This document shows, piece after piece, positions 38,950-50,843 of a DNA stretch of 64,000 bases (its first letter is position 1; every line of letters starts with the position of its first letter). The notes under the pieces are model-generated. The model was given only the letters and a program-made list of their open reading frames with translations, did not search any database and had not been told where the DNA came from. Both the position numbers and the translations under genes were made by a program. The DNA is from Macrostomum hystrix (lineage: Eukaryota; Animalia; Platyhelminthes). The DNA lies in NCBI GenBank assembly GCA_950097015.1, contig CATNEN010000038.1:33418001-33482000 (forward strand), in the 5' to 3' direction.

Positions 38950-39780
38950 TCTCCAGAGCGGTGAACAAACCGACCAGTGACAAAGCACCGCTCTTAGTGG
39001 ACGAACACAGAATCTGGCCTTCCACTATTCCCGACAGACCATCACAGAAATATTCCCATATTCTGTACTCTTCCCTCGCAGTTGATCATGGTTTAGTGTT
39101 TTTAATGGTAGCTTTTCTTTCATTTTTATCCTTCGATCCACATATTTTTCAAGCTTCGTTAAGAGACGTAGTCTATGGCGTAACTCTATGGCACACCCAA
39201 GAGAGAGTAGGAGTGTCTGATTTGGGTGCAGGAGAGAATGGCTGCTTGGAAAAAAACGTCTATGGCATAATAAATTTGATACTTATGCTTTAAACCCGTT
39301 CGTATCATTTTCTTGCCAGAAATAGTCTATGGCCCAAGCGGCTCCAGCTCTTCGCATGTAACGATAGGTTTTGTGCCGATAAACCTAGCACGCTTGGTCG
39401 AGATGTATTGCTTTAACAATATAGCATAACACTATATATGAGGAACTAAGCTCCTCATCAAATGCGGTGTTACTGTCCGGGCAAGAAGTCATCATGCTTG
39501 CCGAAAGCTGCTAAATGGTTTATATCTATTTTTTCAGCAGTCTTTCCAGTCAGCAGCGCCAGATTGCAACGACTGATTATTAGCTTCCCTGTCCTCTTAG
39601 CAATTCTTCTCAAGCCTGTGCATTGGAGTTGTCCTCGATCATGTCTTCGATAAGGACCTTTTCGAAAGATTTGCCATTCACAATTTATGATCCACCATTC
39701 TTGAGATTCACTCTCATCAACCTCATCAACCTCAATGTCCTGATCGTTGCTCTCGACGGCTAACTCCTGCTGAACCACGG
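38950..39780 (-). mobile_element. Fossil piggyBac (PGBD4-like) transposase
   Basis: Frame-broken motifs PGQ...FDEEL...LLKQYISTKRARF...CEE, matching the piggyBac 'IDESL...KQYIPSKRARFGIK' block, plus an acidic N-terminus. Confidence 0.6.
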
Positions 39781-39839
39781 TGGCGACTAAACGATTCGTC
39801 GTAAATCAAGTTATGCCGCTATAAAGTAAGGTAGAGTAT

Positions 39840-41050
39840 TTGTACACCTCTGAGTATGAGCTTGCCAAGTATCTTGATGTTCTTATCAAACCTGTTACTT
39901 CAGTGAAGCTACTGAAGCTATCCCAAGCTACTGACCTTGTCTATAAAAGCTCTAATCACCCATCCTTTCCTAAAACCAATTTCAAGAAGATGCTTGGGTT
40001 CGCCACCACAAATACTACAGGCAGATTGTTGGCTGTGCTTTGGGCAGTCCTCTGGCACCTACTCTTGCCAATCTCTGTATGGCTTACTGGGAAAAAGAGT
40101 GGATGGCCCTCCCGTGTGCTCCTCATTTTTACAAACGTTTTGTGGATGATGATTTTGCCATTTTCGACAATGATGCCAAAAAGGAAGAGTTCTTCAATAC
40201 TACCAATGCTACCCATAAGAACATTAAGTTTACTTCTGAGGGTGGTGGAAAAAACTCCCTTTCTCGACATTGACGTTGATACGAGTAAAGGCTTGATTCA
40301 AACTAGCGTGTTTAAGAAAGCTAGCTTCACTGGCCTCATGCTTAGGTTTGATGCCCTCTGCCCTAGGCAATGGAAAGACGGTCCGGTGAAGTGCTTGCTC
40401 CAAAGAGCGTTTTTTATTTTCAGTTCCTGGAAGCTTATTCATGATGAGCTGGAGCAGCTTACTCGGCTGTTCATGATGAATGGATACCCTCGTGACCATA
40501 TTTCCAGCATCATTAATAAATTTCTCTGCAAGAAGTGTTCTGGTCAAAATCATACTCAGAAGAAAGATCTCAATAATGATCGTAGCCCCGTTATTGTGGT
40601 TCCTTATTTGGGCCTCTGCTCCATGGAGTTTGGGAAGAAAGTGGAAAAATTATTTAGAAGTCACATTGATTCCCAGCTCCCGGTTTTGTTCCGTACGGAA
40701 AAGATTGCTCAGTTTGTCTGCAGGTTGAAGTTCCGTGTTCCTTGACCACTTTTTGCAGGTGTCGTGCATAAATTTTATTGTTCTGTAGATCAGAACATCT
40801 CCTACATTGGTAGAACTAAGCGACACTTGTACACAAGGGTTAAGGAGCATTGGATTAGAAATTCTGCCATTAATGAGCACCTTCTCAGGTGCAACTCCTG
40901 CTGCAATAGGAACTGTTGTGATATTTTTAAAGTGATCGATTCCTGTAGCCAAGAAAACAAATTGAATATTCTCGAGGCTATGTGAACACTAAGGCTCAAA
41001 AACCAAATTTTAACAGCCAGTTAGCCATGGGGGGTGCTTTGTTGGCAGCC
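39840..41050 (+). mobile_element. Degenerate Penelope-like element (RT plus GIY-YIG endonuclease)
   Basis: GSPLAPTLANLCM, YKRFVDD, PFLDI, NGYP and SYIGRTKRHLYTRVKEH occur across frameshifts. Confidence 0.88.
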
Positions 41051-41705
41051 TCTTTGAACTTTATTTGTGGTTTTTTCTCTTGTTAACCGGACTGGACCGA
41101 AATTGTTACAATAATATAATAGTCAACGCCAGAAATACTCGTACTAAATTTTAACTATAGTATCTGTGGTAAACGCAAGTTTATTGCAAAAAAGTCCTAG
41201 GCACGCGCGCGCGGAGCGTCGCACTGCTGAGCACTGAAAAACACGTTTTCATATATCAATGGTAAAAATTTATGTTAACTTGGTACTCAGGAACACTGGG
41301 CCGCTTGGCGATGATATTTGCCTGCACTCCAGTTGAAATTACTGGCGTGACAATCGCGTTTTGCATGCTAATTTGCATGGCCATTGTAATGTTCAGTATT
41401 TCGTCATGCACATGTTGGCCAGACCATTTATACGATCGTATGACAATCGGTGAAAGCTGCCGAGCAAAAAGTTACATTTTTTCTTCCATTCTAAAGACGT
41501 TCGGAGTTAGCCTCGTATCAATTTCAGCTAGATAGGCGTGCACCGTTTTTCACCCGCCTAACAGCTGCTGCTACTGATTCGGGTTTGAAAGGGAATAATA
41601 TTCCGGCGTTTATAGACTCAGTCAGTTACGAACAGCTACTTTCAAGGTGAGCAACTAATGTAAAGCTCAATAGTTGAATGAAGCGCGCACCCACACGCAC
41701 TGGCG

Positions 41706-43535
41706 ATGCCTTCGTCTCTCAAGCTGACTCCAAGCCGGTTGCTGAACTACGCCCTGGCACTGCTGCTGCTGTTTCTCCTGCTGCAACTGGCTCAGCAATA
41801 CAGTGGTACAAAACACGCCAAAGCCACGCCTGCTCAGATTGGAGAGAATACGTTTTGGAAGGTCAATAAGTTGAGCCATGACAAGTTGTCAGCTAGTTCC
41901 GTAGGAGACAAGGTGAAACTGCATGCACTTGCGATGACAACAGGAGTGCTGCGGGCACTAGCACAATAATTTAGTGACAGTGGACCCGCAGCCAAAGAGA
42001 GGCAATTCGACCCGTTCCGCTGACTCCTGAGCGCACGCGTACACAGATACCGTACGCTGCACATCTGCGCTGACTTTCTCCTCGTCAAGCAGTACACACT
42101 CACTGTGACTTCGGGTTGTTGGCACCCCAAGCATTCTCTCCGATTTAATTAATGTGGCCTTGCCGCGGATTCAAGCTCAAGGACATTATTGCAAGAGGTC
42201 CACTGCCACTATGCCACCGATTGGGTGCTGATTTTTTTGTTTATTTGATGTTGGTAACAAGGCTGAACGATTTGATAAAAACGGCGATAGAAAAACAGTA
42301 GCATGCAAAAGATTAATTTTAGGTAAATAAAATATTTGAAGTTTGTAAACAAATATTATTTTGCTCAAATATTGATGAGTATCTTCTAAACGAACTAAAT
42401 CTGAGTAAAATTTAATACAACTCGACCCTATTTCATAACCAGCAGTTGTACCGTAAGTCTGCAGACCTATCTGGTTGGCTGGAAAGAGCAAAAGCATCAG
42501 CAACGAGAGCAAAGAAGACTGAGCATCATGTAGCTAGAACTAGTCCTAGCACAAGAACAACGATGGCCACCTCAAAAGTGCACTCATGGTCAATAAAAGC
42601 ACTCACAACAGTTGATTGGCAGCAGCTGAAAGCCCGGGAGCGAGTCAGAAACGCTAAACTCTTCCAGCCGTTTGTCACAGAGCACGAGCGACGCGTGATG
42701 CTACATCTTTTGGACGCAATCAACCGAGTGTTTCAGGTGAGGAAATGACTGCAGTAGAAACATTTTGATGCAAGAAAATATAGGCGCCCAAACAATTTCG
42801 CAGCTGCACAATATAACCTATATTATGTACGGCGGCACTCTGCTTGGCTCCCATCGGCATCACGGCCTCGTGCCCTGGGATGACGACATCGACCTGCTGG
42901 TGAACAAGACCGCTAGGTACAGCCTGCCCGCCTTGCTGACCGCTGCGGCTCCTGGCCTGACCCTGCAGCAGGCCGGCGGGCATGACAAAATCTTCGATGC
43001 CCATCTGTCGCGGCGAACCAGTCGCTACGTGTGGCGCTGGCCCTACCTAGACGTGAGCTATTTTGAGGAGAATTCAACGCACCTGTGGGATCACATGGCC
43101 ACCTACTCGCATTGGTTTGTGTATCCAAAGTGGCTTGTACTACCAACTCACGTCAGGCCGTTCGAAAACCTGTGGCTCCCAGCGCCCAGAGACACCCTGG
43201 CCTTCCTGCAGATGACCTACGGGCGCACCGGCACCTGCCTGACCTCAGCCTACAGTCACATGATCGAGGACGGCATGCACTCGGGCCGGCAGCCCTGCCA
43301 CCTACTCAAAGCGTCAGTGCCGTTTGTTCATAGGCTGCCTTGCTCGGCTGCTGGAAAGCCGAATAGGACAGCCGACTGTGTCACAGAGGCGCTGAGGTTG
43401 GGCCGCAAGTCACTAAGATCTCCGGTTGACGTAGCCGAGCCTCGGTTCGCTGTCAATGAGCCGTTCTCATTGAGACTGGCAAAGGGCTTCACTCAACCGC
43501 CGCATTATCCAATTATGAGTGACACTGACCTCTGA
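41706..43535 (+). CDS. LicD/fukutin-related nucleotidyltransferase-fold protein, type II membrane. Last intron 42737-42803; first intron boundaries uncertain
   Basis: N-terminal TM (ALALLLLFLLL). YGGTLLGSHRHHGLVPWDDDIDL is the LicD motif; WPYLDV follows. Confidence 0.85.
41972..42185 (-). mobile_element. SINE family B, partial, in the LicD intron
   Basis: Shares GCTGACTCCTGAGC, CTGACTTTCTC and GTACACACTCACTGTG with family B. Confidence 0.7.
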
Positions 43536-43611
43536 CAATTCGCTTTGTCTGTACAATATGTCAATTCATAACCGATGCTTCTTTTTTTCACGATGCTCTT
43601 TGAGTTGTTTC

Positions 43612-43915
43612 AGCGTTTGCCTCTCGCATCACGGTCCCTAAGTTCAATTACACGGCGAAGCTACATTTTTTGGGGCGCAGCCGCGAAGAGAAGGCTTGGG
43701 GGCTTGTCGTATAATTTGCGCCCTTGAGGGCCAACCTACAAGGCACAATGAATTGTACACTGCCTGACTATGAGAAAGTCAGGGCAGATGTACGAGTACG
43801 AGCGTACACACCTGTGTGAGCGTATGGTTGTGTACGATATCTGTGTGCGTGTGTGCTCAGGAGTCAGCGAAATGCGCAGAATTGCCTCCTCGCTGGCTGC
43901 AAGTCGACTGTTGTC
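43612..43915 (+). mobile_element. SINE family B, lacking tail
   Basis: Body matches the other family B copies. Confidence 0.82.
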
Positions 43916-44231
43916 AAAGATGCGTCAAATAGTGCATTATTTTGACTCCAAAAACTGAGATAATAAAAACCTCTGGAGAGCAGAACTTTGCATTGTTGAC
44001 AATTTCGACCAGCAAAAAAGGCATTGAAACTTAAATAAACTGACTAACTTTAATCGAAATATTCACTTTAATCCTGAAACTAAACAGTTCAAGATGTAAA
44101 GGACGTATTGCCGCAATCAGTATGTGAAATCTAAAGACTTAAAATTTTCTTCCCATTGTGGCAGCAAGTCAAAATCTAGAATTACTTAGGATATTTCTAA
44201 AAACCGATAACCGAAGTTGCTGGTTAAAAAT

Positions 44232-44669
44232 TCACTCAAAGTCATTGTCTGAGCCGTGCAGCTCAGTAGCCGACGTTGGCACCTCCCTCTGGTTCCAGTT
44301 CCTTCTGTGGATCTCGGAGTTGCTGAAGTCCGGAGAAAAGTGCAAGATGAGTAGGTAGCGAGCGCCACGGTTCAGCGCCACCAGGTGCAGATGATCTCCA
44401 GATGTCAGGCCCAGCTGTCTAAGGCTCAAATACTCCGCAGGACGGCTGAACTGAATCTGATCGCCTGTAGTTTTGCCATCAACAATGGCGATGCTACTGC
44501 ACCTGTAGACTATCTGATCGCGCACGGGAATTTGCAGCTTCTCTAGTACAGTCAGCTTCAATTCTTTGATTGTGATCTCAGTGGACAGCAGGTTCAGGCT
44601 GAATGTCATGCTGTAGCGATGCCTCAGCAGGTTTTGTAAGTGTGCTTCCTCGTGATGTAATGGTTCCAT
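44232..44669 (-). CDS. Ubiquitin-like domain protein, possibly a terminal exon
   Basis: TIKELKLTVLEKLQIPVRDQ...SLRQLGLTSGDHLHLV resembles the beta-grasp Ubl pattern; no C-terminal GG. Confidence 0.5.
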   Translation of the reverse strand: MEPLHHEEAHLQNLLRHRYSMTFSLNLLSTEITIKELKLTVLEKLQIPVRDQIVYRCSSIAIVDGKTTGDQIQFSRPAEYLSLRQLGLTSGDHLHLVALNRGARYLLILHFSPDFSNSEIHRRNWNQREVPTSATELHGSDNDFE

Positions 44670-44885
44670 CCTTGTTATTGACGCCTAGTATGCCAAATAC
44701 GCAAGAAGCTATATTCTATTCAACTTCAGAGCGTGGAATAGCTTAAGGCGATACACTTTTGACCATAGACAGATTGTTAAAGAGAAATTTTAATGAATAT
44801 GCTACATACGCTAGATAAATTCAAAACTTTGTCAGGCATATTGTTGTAGCTCGAATGTGCATGTAGCTCGCTGTAGCATGTGTTT

Positions 44886-45110
44886 CTGCCAACTCTCTAG
44901 CAGATCCGTTAGCGATTTGGCAGATCTGTTAGAGAGTTGGCAGATCTGTTAGAGAGTTGTCAGATCTGTTAGAGAGTTGGCAGATCTGTCAGAGAGTTGG
45001 CAGATCTGTTAGAGAGTTGGCAGATCTGTTAGAGAGTTGGCAGATCTGTTAGAGAGTTGGCAGATCTGTCAGAGAGTTGGCAGATCTGTTAGAGAGTTGG
45101 CAGAGAGTTG
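44886..45110. repeat. 20-bp minisatellite CAGATCTGTTAGAGAGTTGG preceded by one inverted unit
   Basis: Directly visible. Confidence 0.95.
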
Positions 45111-45484
45111 CACGATGGGCAATTAGGTCTTTTAGCATTAGCACTTGGATATATCATTATATCGTATAAACAAGGAGTATAATATATTTAAAACAGTTTC
45201 CTAAATATTTTCTACAATGGAGGATTGTGAAGTGAAGAAGCTGTGCAGAATAACTATGGACAGTGCATAAAGTCTATCGCAACTAAAACAAAAATATCTT
45301 TTTCAAACAACACTGACTAAGAAGACGAAAAAAGTATAAAATGCACAAGATACGCTACTGATAACAATATAGGTCATGAAACTAAACAGTTACACTACGC
45401 ACTGAAAGCTGTTTGATAGGCAGCAAAAGTTGTCGCGGGTTTCCAATTAAAATACTTGACGTTTAAACCCACGAAAATTTGCCG

Positions 45485-45790
45485 TGTTAGACAGCGTCTT
45501 TTACCTGTTGGGCACACCTGTTAGACTCTGGTTCTCACCTGTTGGGCACACCTGTAAGACACTGGCTCTCACCTGTTGGGCACACCTGTTAGACTCTGGT
45601 TCTCACCTGTTGGGCACACCTGTAAGACACTGGCTCTCACCTGTTAGGCACACCTGTCAGACACTTGCTCTCACCTGTTGGGAAAACATGTTAGACTCTG
45701 GTTTACACCTGTTGGGAAAACCTGTTAGATACTGGCTCTCACCTGCTTGTAAAACCTGTTAGACACTGGCTCTCACCTGTTGGAAACACG
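45485..45790. repeat. 33-bp minisatellite (CACCTGTTAGACACTGGCTCTCACCTGTTGGGCA-like)
   Basis: About 9 diverged units. Confidence 0.92.
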
Positions 45791-46214
45791 TGAAAAAAAC
45801 ACGCTTAAAATAGAATTTATTTCAGAATCACGGAGCAGCTGTTATAGTACTCTGAGTTAACAATAACATTGGCACTCCACTTCGCCACGTTTAGCGTTGA
45901 CATTTTACAAAAAGAGAAAAAAAATTAGATGCTGTGCAACTTGAAATACAAAATATAAATATCTAATTATACGAGTATTTTCGTCCTAATTGCGGATGAA
46001 AGTGGTAAAACAAAACTTAACGATGAGTATTCACAGAAAATGACTCTTAAATTGCAGGTTGGCTCAAACACAAGAAACTTGTTTCTTTTTCAAGGGCAAA
46101 AAAGTGACTAAATTTTAAACTATGATTTTAGTAAAAAACGGAATGTCTGATTCAAATTGAATTAATCATTTTAATTACACCTGCCCCAATTTAGGCCAGA
46201 TGTGCAGCCGACAG

Positions 46215-46833
46215 CACAGCTGCAGCTATTGCGCGGCGCATCTGAAGGCTGCGTACGGCTGGCTGTTCAGTCCATGGACTGGGGGGACGCCACGCCCACC
46301 TTCAATTACGTCGGCTGATCCTGGTACCTATTTAGCAGCTGGGTGGTGGTCGGTGACAGAGCTGTTAAAGCGTTTGCCTCTCGAACCAATGTTTCTGAGC
46401 TCGATTCCACGGCGAGGCCACATTTATTTTGGGCGCAGCCGCGGAGAGAAGGCTTGGCGTGCTTGTGCGATTTGCCAACCTACAAGGCACAGTGAGAGTG
46501 TACACTGCCTGACAATGAGAAAGTCGGGGCAGATGTACACACCTGTGTGAGTGTGTGGCTGTGTACGATATCTGTATGCGTGTGTGCTCAGGAGTCAGCG
46601 AAATGGGCAGAATTGCCTCCTCGCTGGCTGCAGGGTCAACTGTCACCAAATGATGTGCCATTGCCCGCAGCCCTCCTGCAATTAATAATCTAAAAATAAA
46701 CAGCTGGGTGAACTGAAGCAATGCAGAGTTAGGTGTCTTGCTAAGGGACACAAATTGTTCCAGTGGAGTAGGGAATCGAACCCCCGACCTATAAGTCATG
46801 AGTCCGACGCCCTAACCACTAGGCTACAAGCCC
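46215..46833 (-). mobile_element. SINE family A interrupted by a SINE B insertion
   Basis: Head at 46765-46833; the body resumes at 46345 after the insertion. Confidence 0.88.
46346..46700 (+). mobile_element. SINE family B nested in SINE A
   Basis: TSD CAGCTGGGTG at 46336-46345 and 46701-46710. Confidence 0.9.
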
Positions 46834-46874
46834 TTCACATTCTACAGTTTCAAGACATTCTATAACGTCTTCTG

Positions 46875-48372
46875 TCAGGCGGCAGCGTCAAGTGGAATGC
46901 TGGCCTCGCCGCCGTTGCCACCTCCGGTGGAGAGGCGCCGCCATTCAACGGACGCTCCGCGACCGGCTGCAGCCTGGCGCCGACGATAAAAAATGAATAG
47001 AGACGCGGCGGCTGCGAGAGCTACCACAGACAGAAGGATGGCGGCAACAGCGGCGGCACCTTTTGACGCGTTGCCAGCCGTGTGGACAAGACCAGGCGCT
47101 GATGTTGGCGGCCTCCGTATTAGTAGGCAATTCTCTGCGCAGTGCGAGACAAACTAGTCTAGTAAACTCAAGATGGAGTCTTGTCATTAGGTCTCATTGA
47201 AACTAGACTGGAGTGATGAGATAGGATAGAGATAAGAAACAGGAGAGATGAGATATGATGAGACAGGGGAGAGATGAGACAGGGGAGATATGAGACAGGG
47301 GAGAGATAAGACAGGGGAGAGATGAGACAGGGGAGAGATGAGACAGGGGAGAGATAAAACACGGGAGAGATAAAACACGGGAGAGATGAGACAGGGGAGA
47401 GAAAAAACACGGGAGAGATAAAACATGGGAGAGATGAGACAGGGGAGAGATAAAACACGGGAGAGATAAAACACGGGAGAGATGAGACAGGGGAGAGATA
47501 AAACACGGGAGAGATAAGACAGGGGAGAGATGAGACAGGTGAGAGATGAGACAGGGGAGAGATAAAACACGGGAGAGATGAGACAGGGGAGAGATAAAAC
47601 ACGGGAGAGATAAAACACGGGAGAGATAAGACATGGGAGAGATGAGACACGGGAGAGATTAGACAGGGGAGAGATGAGACAGGGGAGAGATGAGACACGG
47701 CAGAGATTAGACAGGGGAGAGATGAGATATTTTTACAATGAAAATTAAATTTAAGCAAAGCTTAGCGCTGAGCTGGGGCAACTTAGTGAAGTTAAGAATT
47801 TCAGAAAACTTCAATTCTGCAAAGGGGTAAGGAAATGTTTCCAGGAAATTAAGCTCACCCGCCGATTCGTCGACCCCACCGTCGCACTGAGCCGCACCAT
47901 TGCACAGGTCGTAGCAACCAATCACTTTAGGATTCTGTCTATGTCCGCAGTGGCAGGCGCAGGCAACTCGGCAGTCAGCTCGGTCATTGGCGCAGCCCCG
48001 AAACTGGCAGGCCGGACAGTTCATGCAGTCTGTTCTCAATGTGTACACACTGACGGGTCTATTGTAGGAGCATGAGTACTGCTCATGAGTGGGATCAAAG
48101 CAGGTCAGAGACTCCACCGGACCAGAAGCAGATAGAAGCGAGTCATTGCCAGTGCGGCCTGTCAGAATCAGCCAGGCACAGTTAAATCGAATGCCTTCAG
48201 AGGCTGTTGATGAGGCGCGGTAGCACTGTTGAAGAGCACTCTGTACAGTCCTGTGCTCCAATTTCAAAGCTAACAGTGCGTCCAGTGCAGTTTGAGATAC
48301 ATAATTAGCAGCAGCCGCACAGCAGCAGGCTAGCCATGTGCCAGCAATGAGCAGGCAGATTGAGGCATGCAT
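46875..48372 (-). CDS. Type I membrane protein with a Cys-rich ectodomain and an LDL-receptor class A-like module. Exons 48372-47859 and 47134-46875
   Basis: Signal peptide; phase-1 splice completes LCNGAAQCDGGVDESA|ENC; TM AVAAILLSVVALAAAASLFIFY, then RRR stop-transfer. Confidence 0.82.
47212..47728. repeat. Purine-rich 15-16 bp minisatellite GAGATGAGACAGGGGA / GAGATAAAACACGGGA, intronic
   Basis: Fills most of intron 47135-47858. Confidence 0.95.
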
Positions 48373-50122
48373 TTCTAAATATAGACCAGTTGAATGACTG
48401 AAAATACAAATTAGTCATTTATGTCAGTATATGATTGTATTTTCTGCATTGTTATGTTTATTTACTTTTTTACATGTTACTTGCCTGATAGGGACAATCT
48501 TAGAAAAAAAATTACAAAATGGTCGGTAATTTAAGCTAAAAAATCTGTATTTTAATTATTCGGTGAAATAAAGAAATCCATTATCAATAATTAATCAATC
48601 ATTCAAGTAATTGGTTAAACAGCAAATAATATTAAATAAAAATATGTGCTCATTTTAGAACAGTTTTTACAAATACATTTTAATAACAGTATGCAGTAGA
48701 CATGTTTTTTATCAATAGTTTGTGATAGTCAAATTTGCACCTATGGATTGTTATTTAAAAGTGTTAAATAGAGTTTATATGTAAAATATTATAAATATTC
48801 TGTCGAATTCATTCACCTTAACAAACTTTTTTGTGTCTATAAACGATTGAAATTTCTATGAGACAAATCAACTTGCCAGTGCGGCATAAAAGCCTATAAT
48901 ACAGTTATACTGTTGTGCTGAAATAGTAAAGTGATCTTGGAAGAAGTGTTTCAACTTTCAATGTGTTAGTTCTTTACTCTGCTCGAGATTGAGGCTGTGA
49001 CCCTCCAGTCCAGGAGAGCCCTGAAGGAAACCGTTCGTGCTAAAAAGAGTCGCTACCATTAGAGTGTTAGACCCGCGGAAGATAAAAATCGCGGAGTATT
49101 AAGACTTAAAACGGCCCTTTTCAGGGCCACCAGCTTAAAGCATAGGGAAATACATGCAGAACTGAGAGAGGAAGAAATAATAAGATCGGCCTGATTGATA
49201 CGCTACCAAGAAAGAGAAAGATATAGTGTTAAGCCCTCTTACAATTATAATTGAAATTATATAAAAATATGACAATATTTTAATTTTCTCTAAAATACAT
49301 GAGAAAATGTATTAAATGTATTTCTTGCGAGATGGAGCAAGATTCAGAAGCTCTGCTAATTTATTTGAACCATGCAACCCAACATTTAATAACTGTAAAG
49401 CAAACTAAGGATTTTTATATTTTTAAAACTATTTTATGTAATTTTTATTTACCTGCTATACCTTTTGCAAAAACTTTACTACCTAATAATGACAACAAAA
49501 AAACAAAGAGAAATAGCTTCTTGTTTTGCTGTCATATTTGAGCTTTTCATTTGATAATAAACGTATAAAAATATTCAATACTATTATCTAATTTTGCGAA
49601 AATGTACAGTATGTACTGTGGCTTTAGCTTGCTTTATAAATTTGCTATTGTCTACTTCTTGATTAGCTTGCTAATTATTTAAGTAGGCCTATAGTATCAA
49701 TTTGTGTAATAGTAGTCTAGTATAGCTATAAAGTATGCTGCAGCAAAAGCAACGCAAAAAGAAACTCTATTTATCTGTGAATAGAGTCGCTCAGTGAACA
49801 GATATTGTAGTCCCCATCAATCAGTCACAAGTAAAAAAAGTGAGCAATGAGCTTTGTTTACGTGTACGACAAAAAGGAATGTCCAGACAGAAATTGCTTT
49901 ATTTAAACTTTGATGGATAACATTAATATTGGCTGCTAAATTTATTTGAATAATTTTTTAACTATGGGCGATGGACAGACAACAGACCGACAGTCATGGG
50001 CCGCGCAGCGTATTTCTTGTGAAACGAATAACTTAAAAACGGTGATTAAAAGTTTGTCGTTATTGACGCAAAATAGTGGATGTATACCTAAACGTTACAG
50101 TTTATCACAAAGGGTAAATCTA

Positions 50123-50427
50123 TGGGGGGTCGGTGGCAGAGTGGTTAACGCGTTTGCCTCTCGCACCACGGTCCTTAAGTTCGATTCCATGACGAGGTCA
50201 CATTTATTTGGGACGCAGCCGCGGAGAGAAGGCTTGGGGGCTTGTCGTGCAATTTACGCCCTTGAAGGCCAACCTCCAAGGCACAGTGAAGTGTACACTG
50301 CCTGATGATGAGAAAGTCAGGGCAGATGTACACACCTGTGTGAGCGTGTGCCTGTGTACGGTAGGGTCTAGTGTCACTAAATGATGTACCATTGCCCGCA
50401 GCCCTCCTGCAATTATTATTATTATTA
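50123..50427 (+). mobile_element. SINE family B with an internal deletion
   Basis: Intact tRNA-like head and ATT tail; lacks the GGAGTCAGCG hairpin segment. Confidence 0.88.
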
Positions 50428-50843
50428 AGGGTAAATCTAGTAAATAAATTTCGTGATATCCTAATAGGGTAAGTGAGGACAATATTTGATTTTAGTACGT
50501 TTATCATAAAAAGTATTTTGATACACAAGTAAAAGACACTACTCTTTAGTATAGTCCTGAAAAGGACTAAAGACAGTTATTAGTACTTAATTTAGAATAA
50601 ATAAAACATTTGTAAAGGGCCACTGTAAATTAAAAAATATATATTAATAATGGAAAACCCAGTAACTGTGTAATTCTTTGCTTGCTAAAACATATCCGTG
50701 CATATAGAATGCGTCTATAGATGTATTTACGTTCACTTATTTGCTTGCTTGTTTATTTTCCGTACCATACACATGTTACTGCACTACGCGCTATTTTTTT
50801 CTATAAATCTGTGCTGAAGAGAATATGAGTTCCAAGAATCCTC

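Noticed and set aside
41075-41110. Penelope-associated hammerhead remnant (CGG..CCGAAA)
   Set aside because: The CTGANGA core is absent; too degenerate to support.
50302-50320. Hammerhead core CTGATGA..GAAA in SINE B
   Set aside because: No stem II; other copies read CTGACNATGAGAAAG, where CTGAC pairs with GTCAG.
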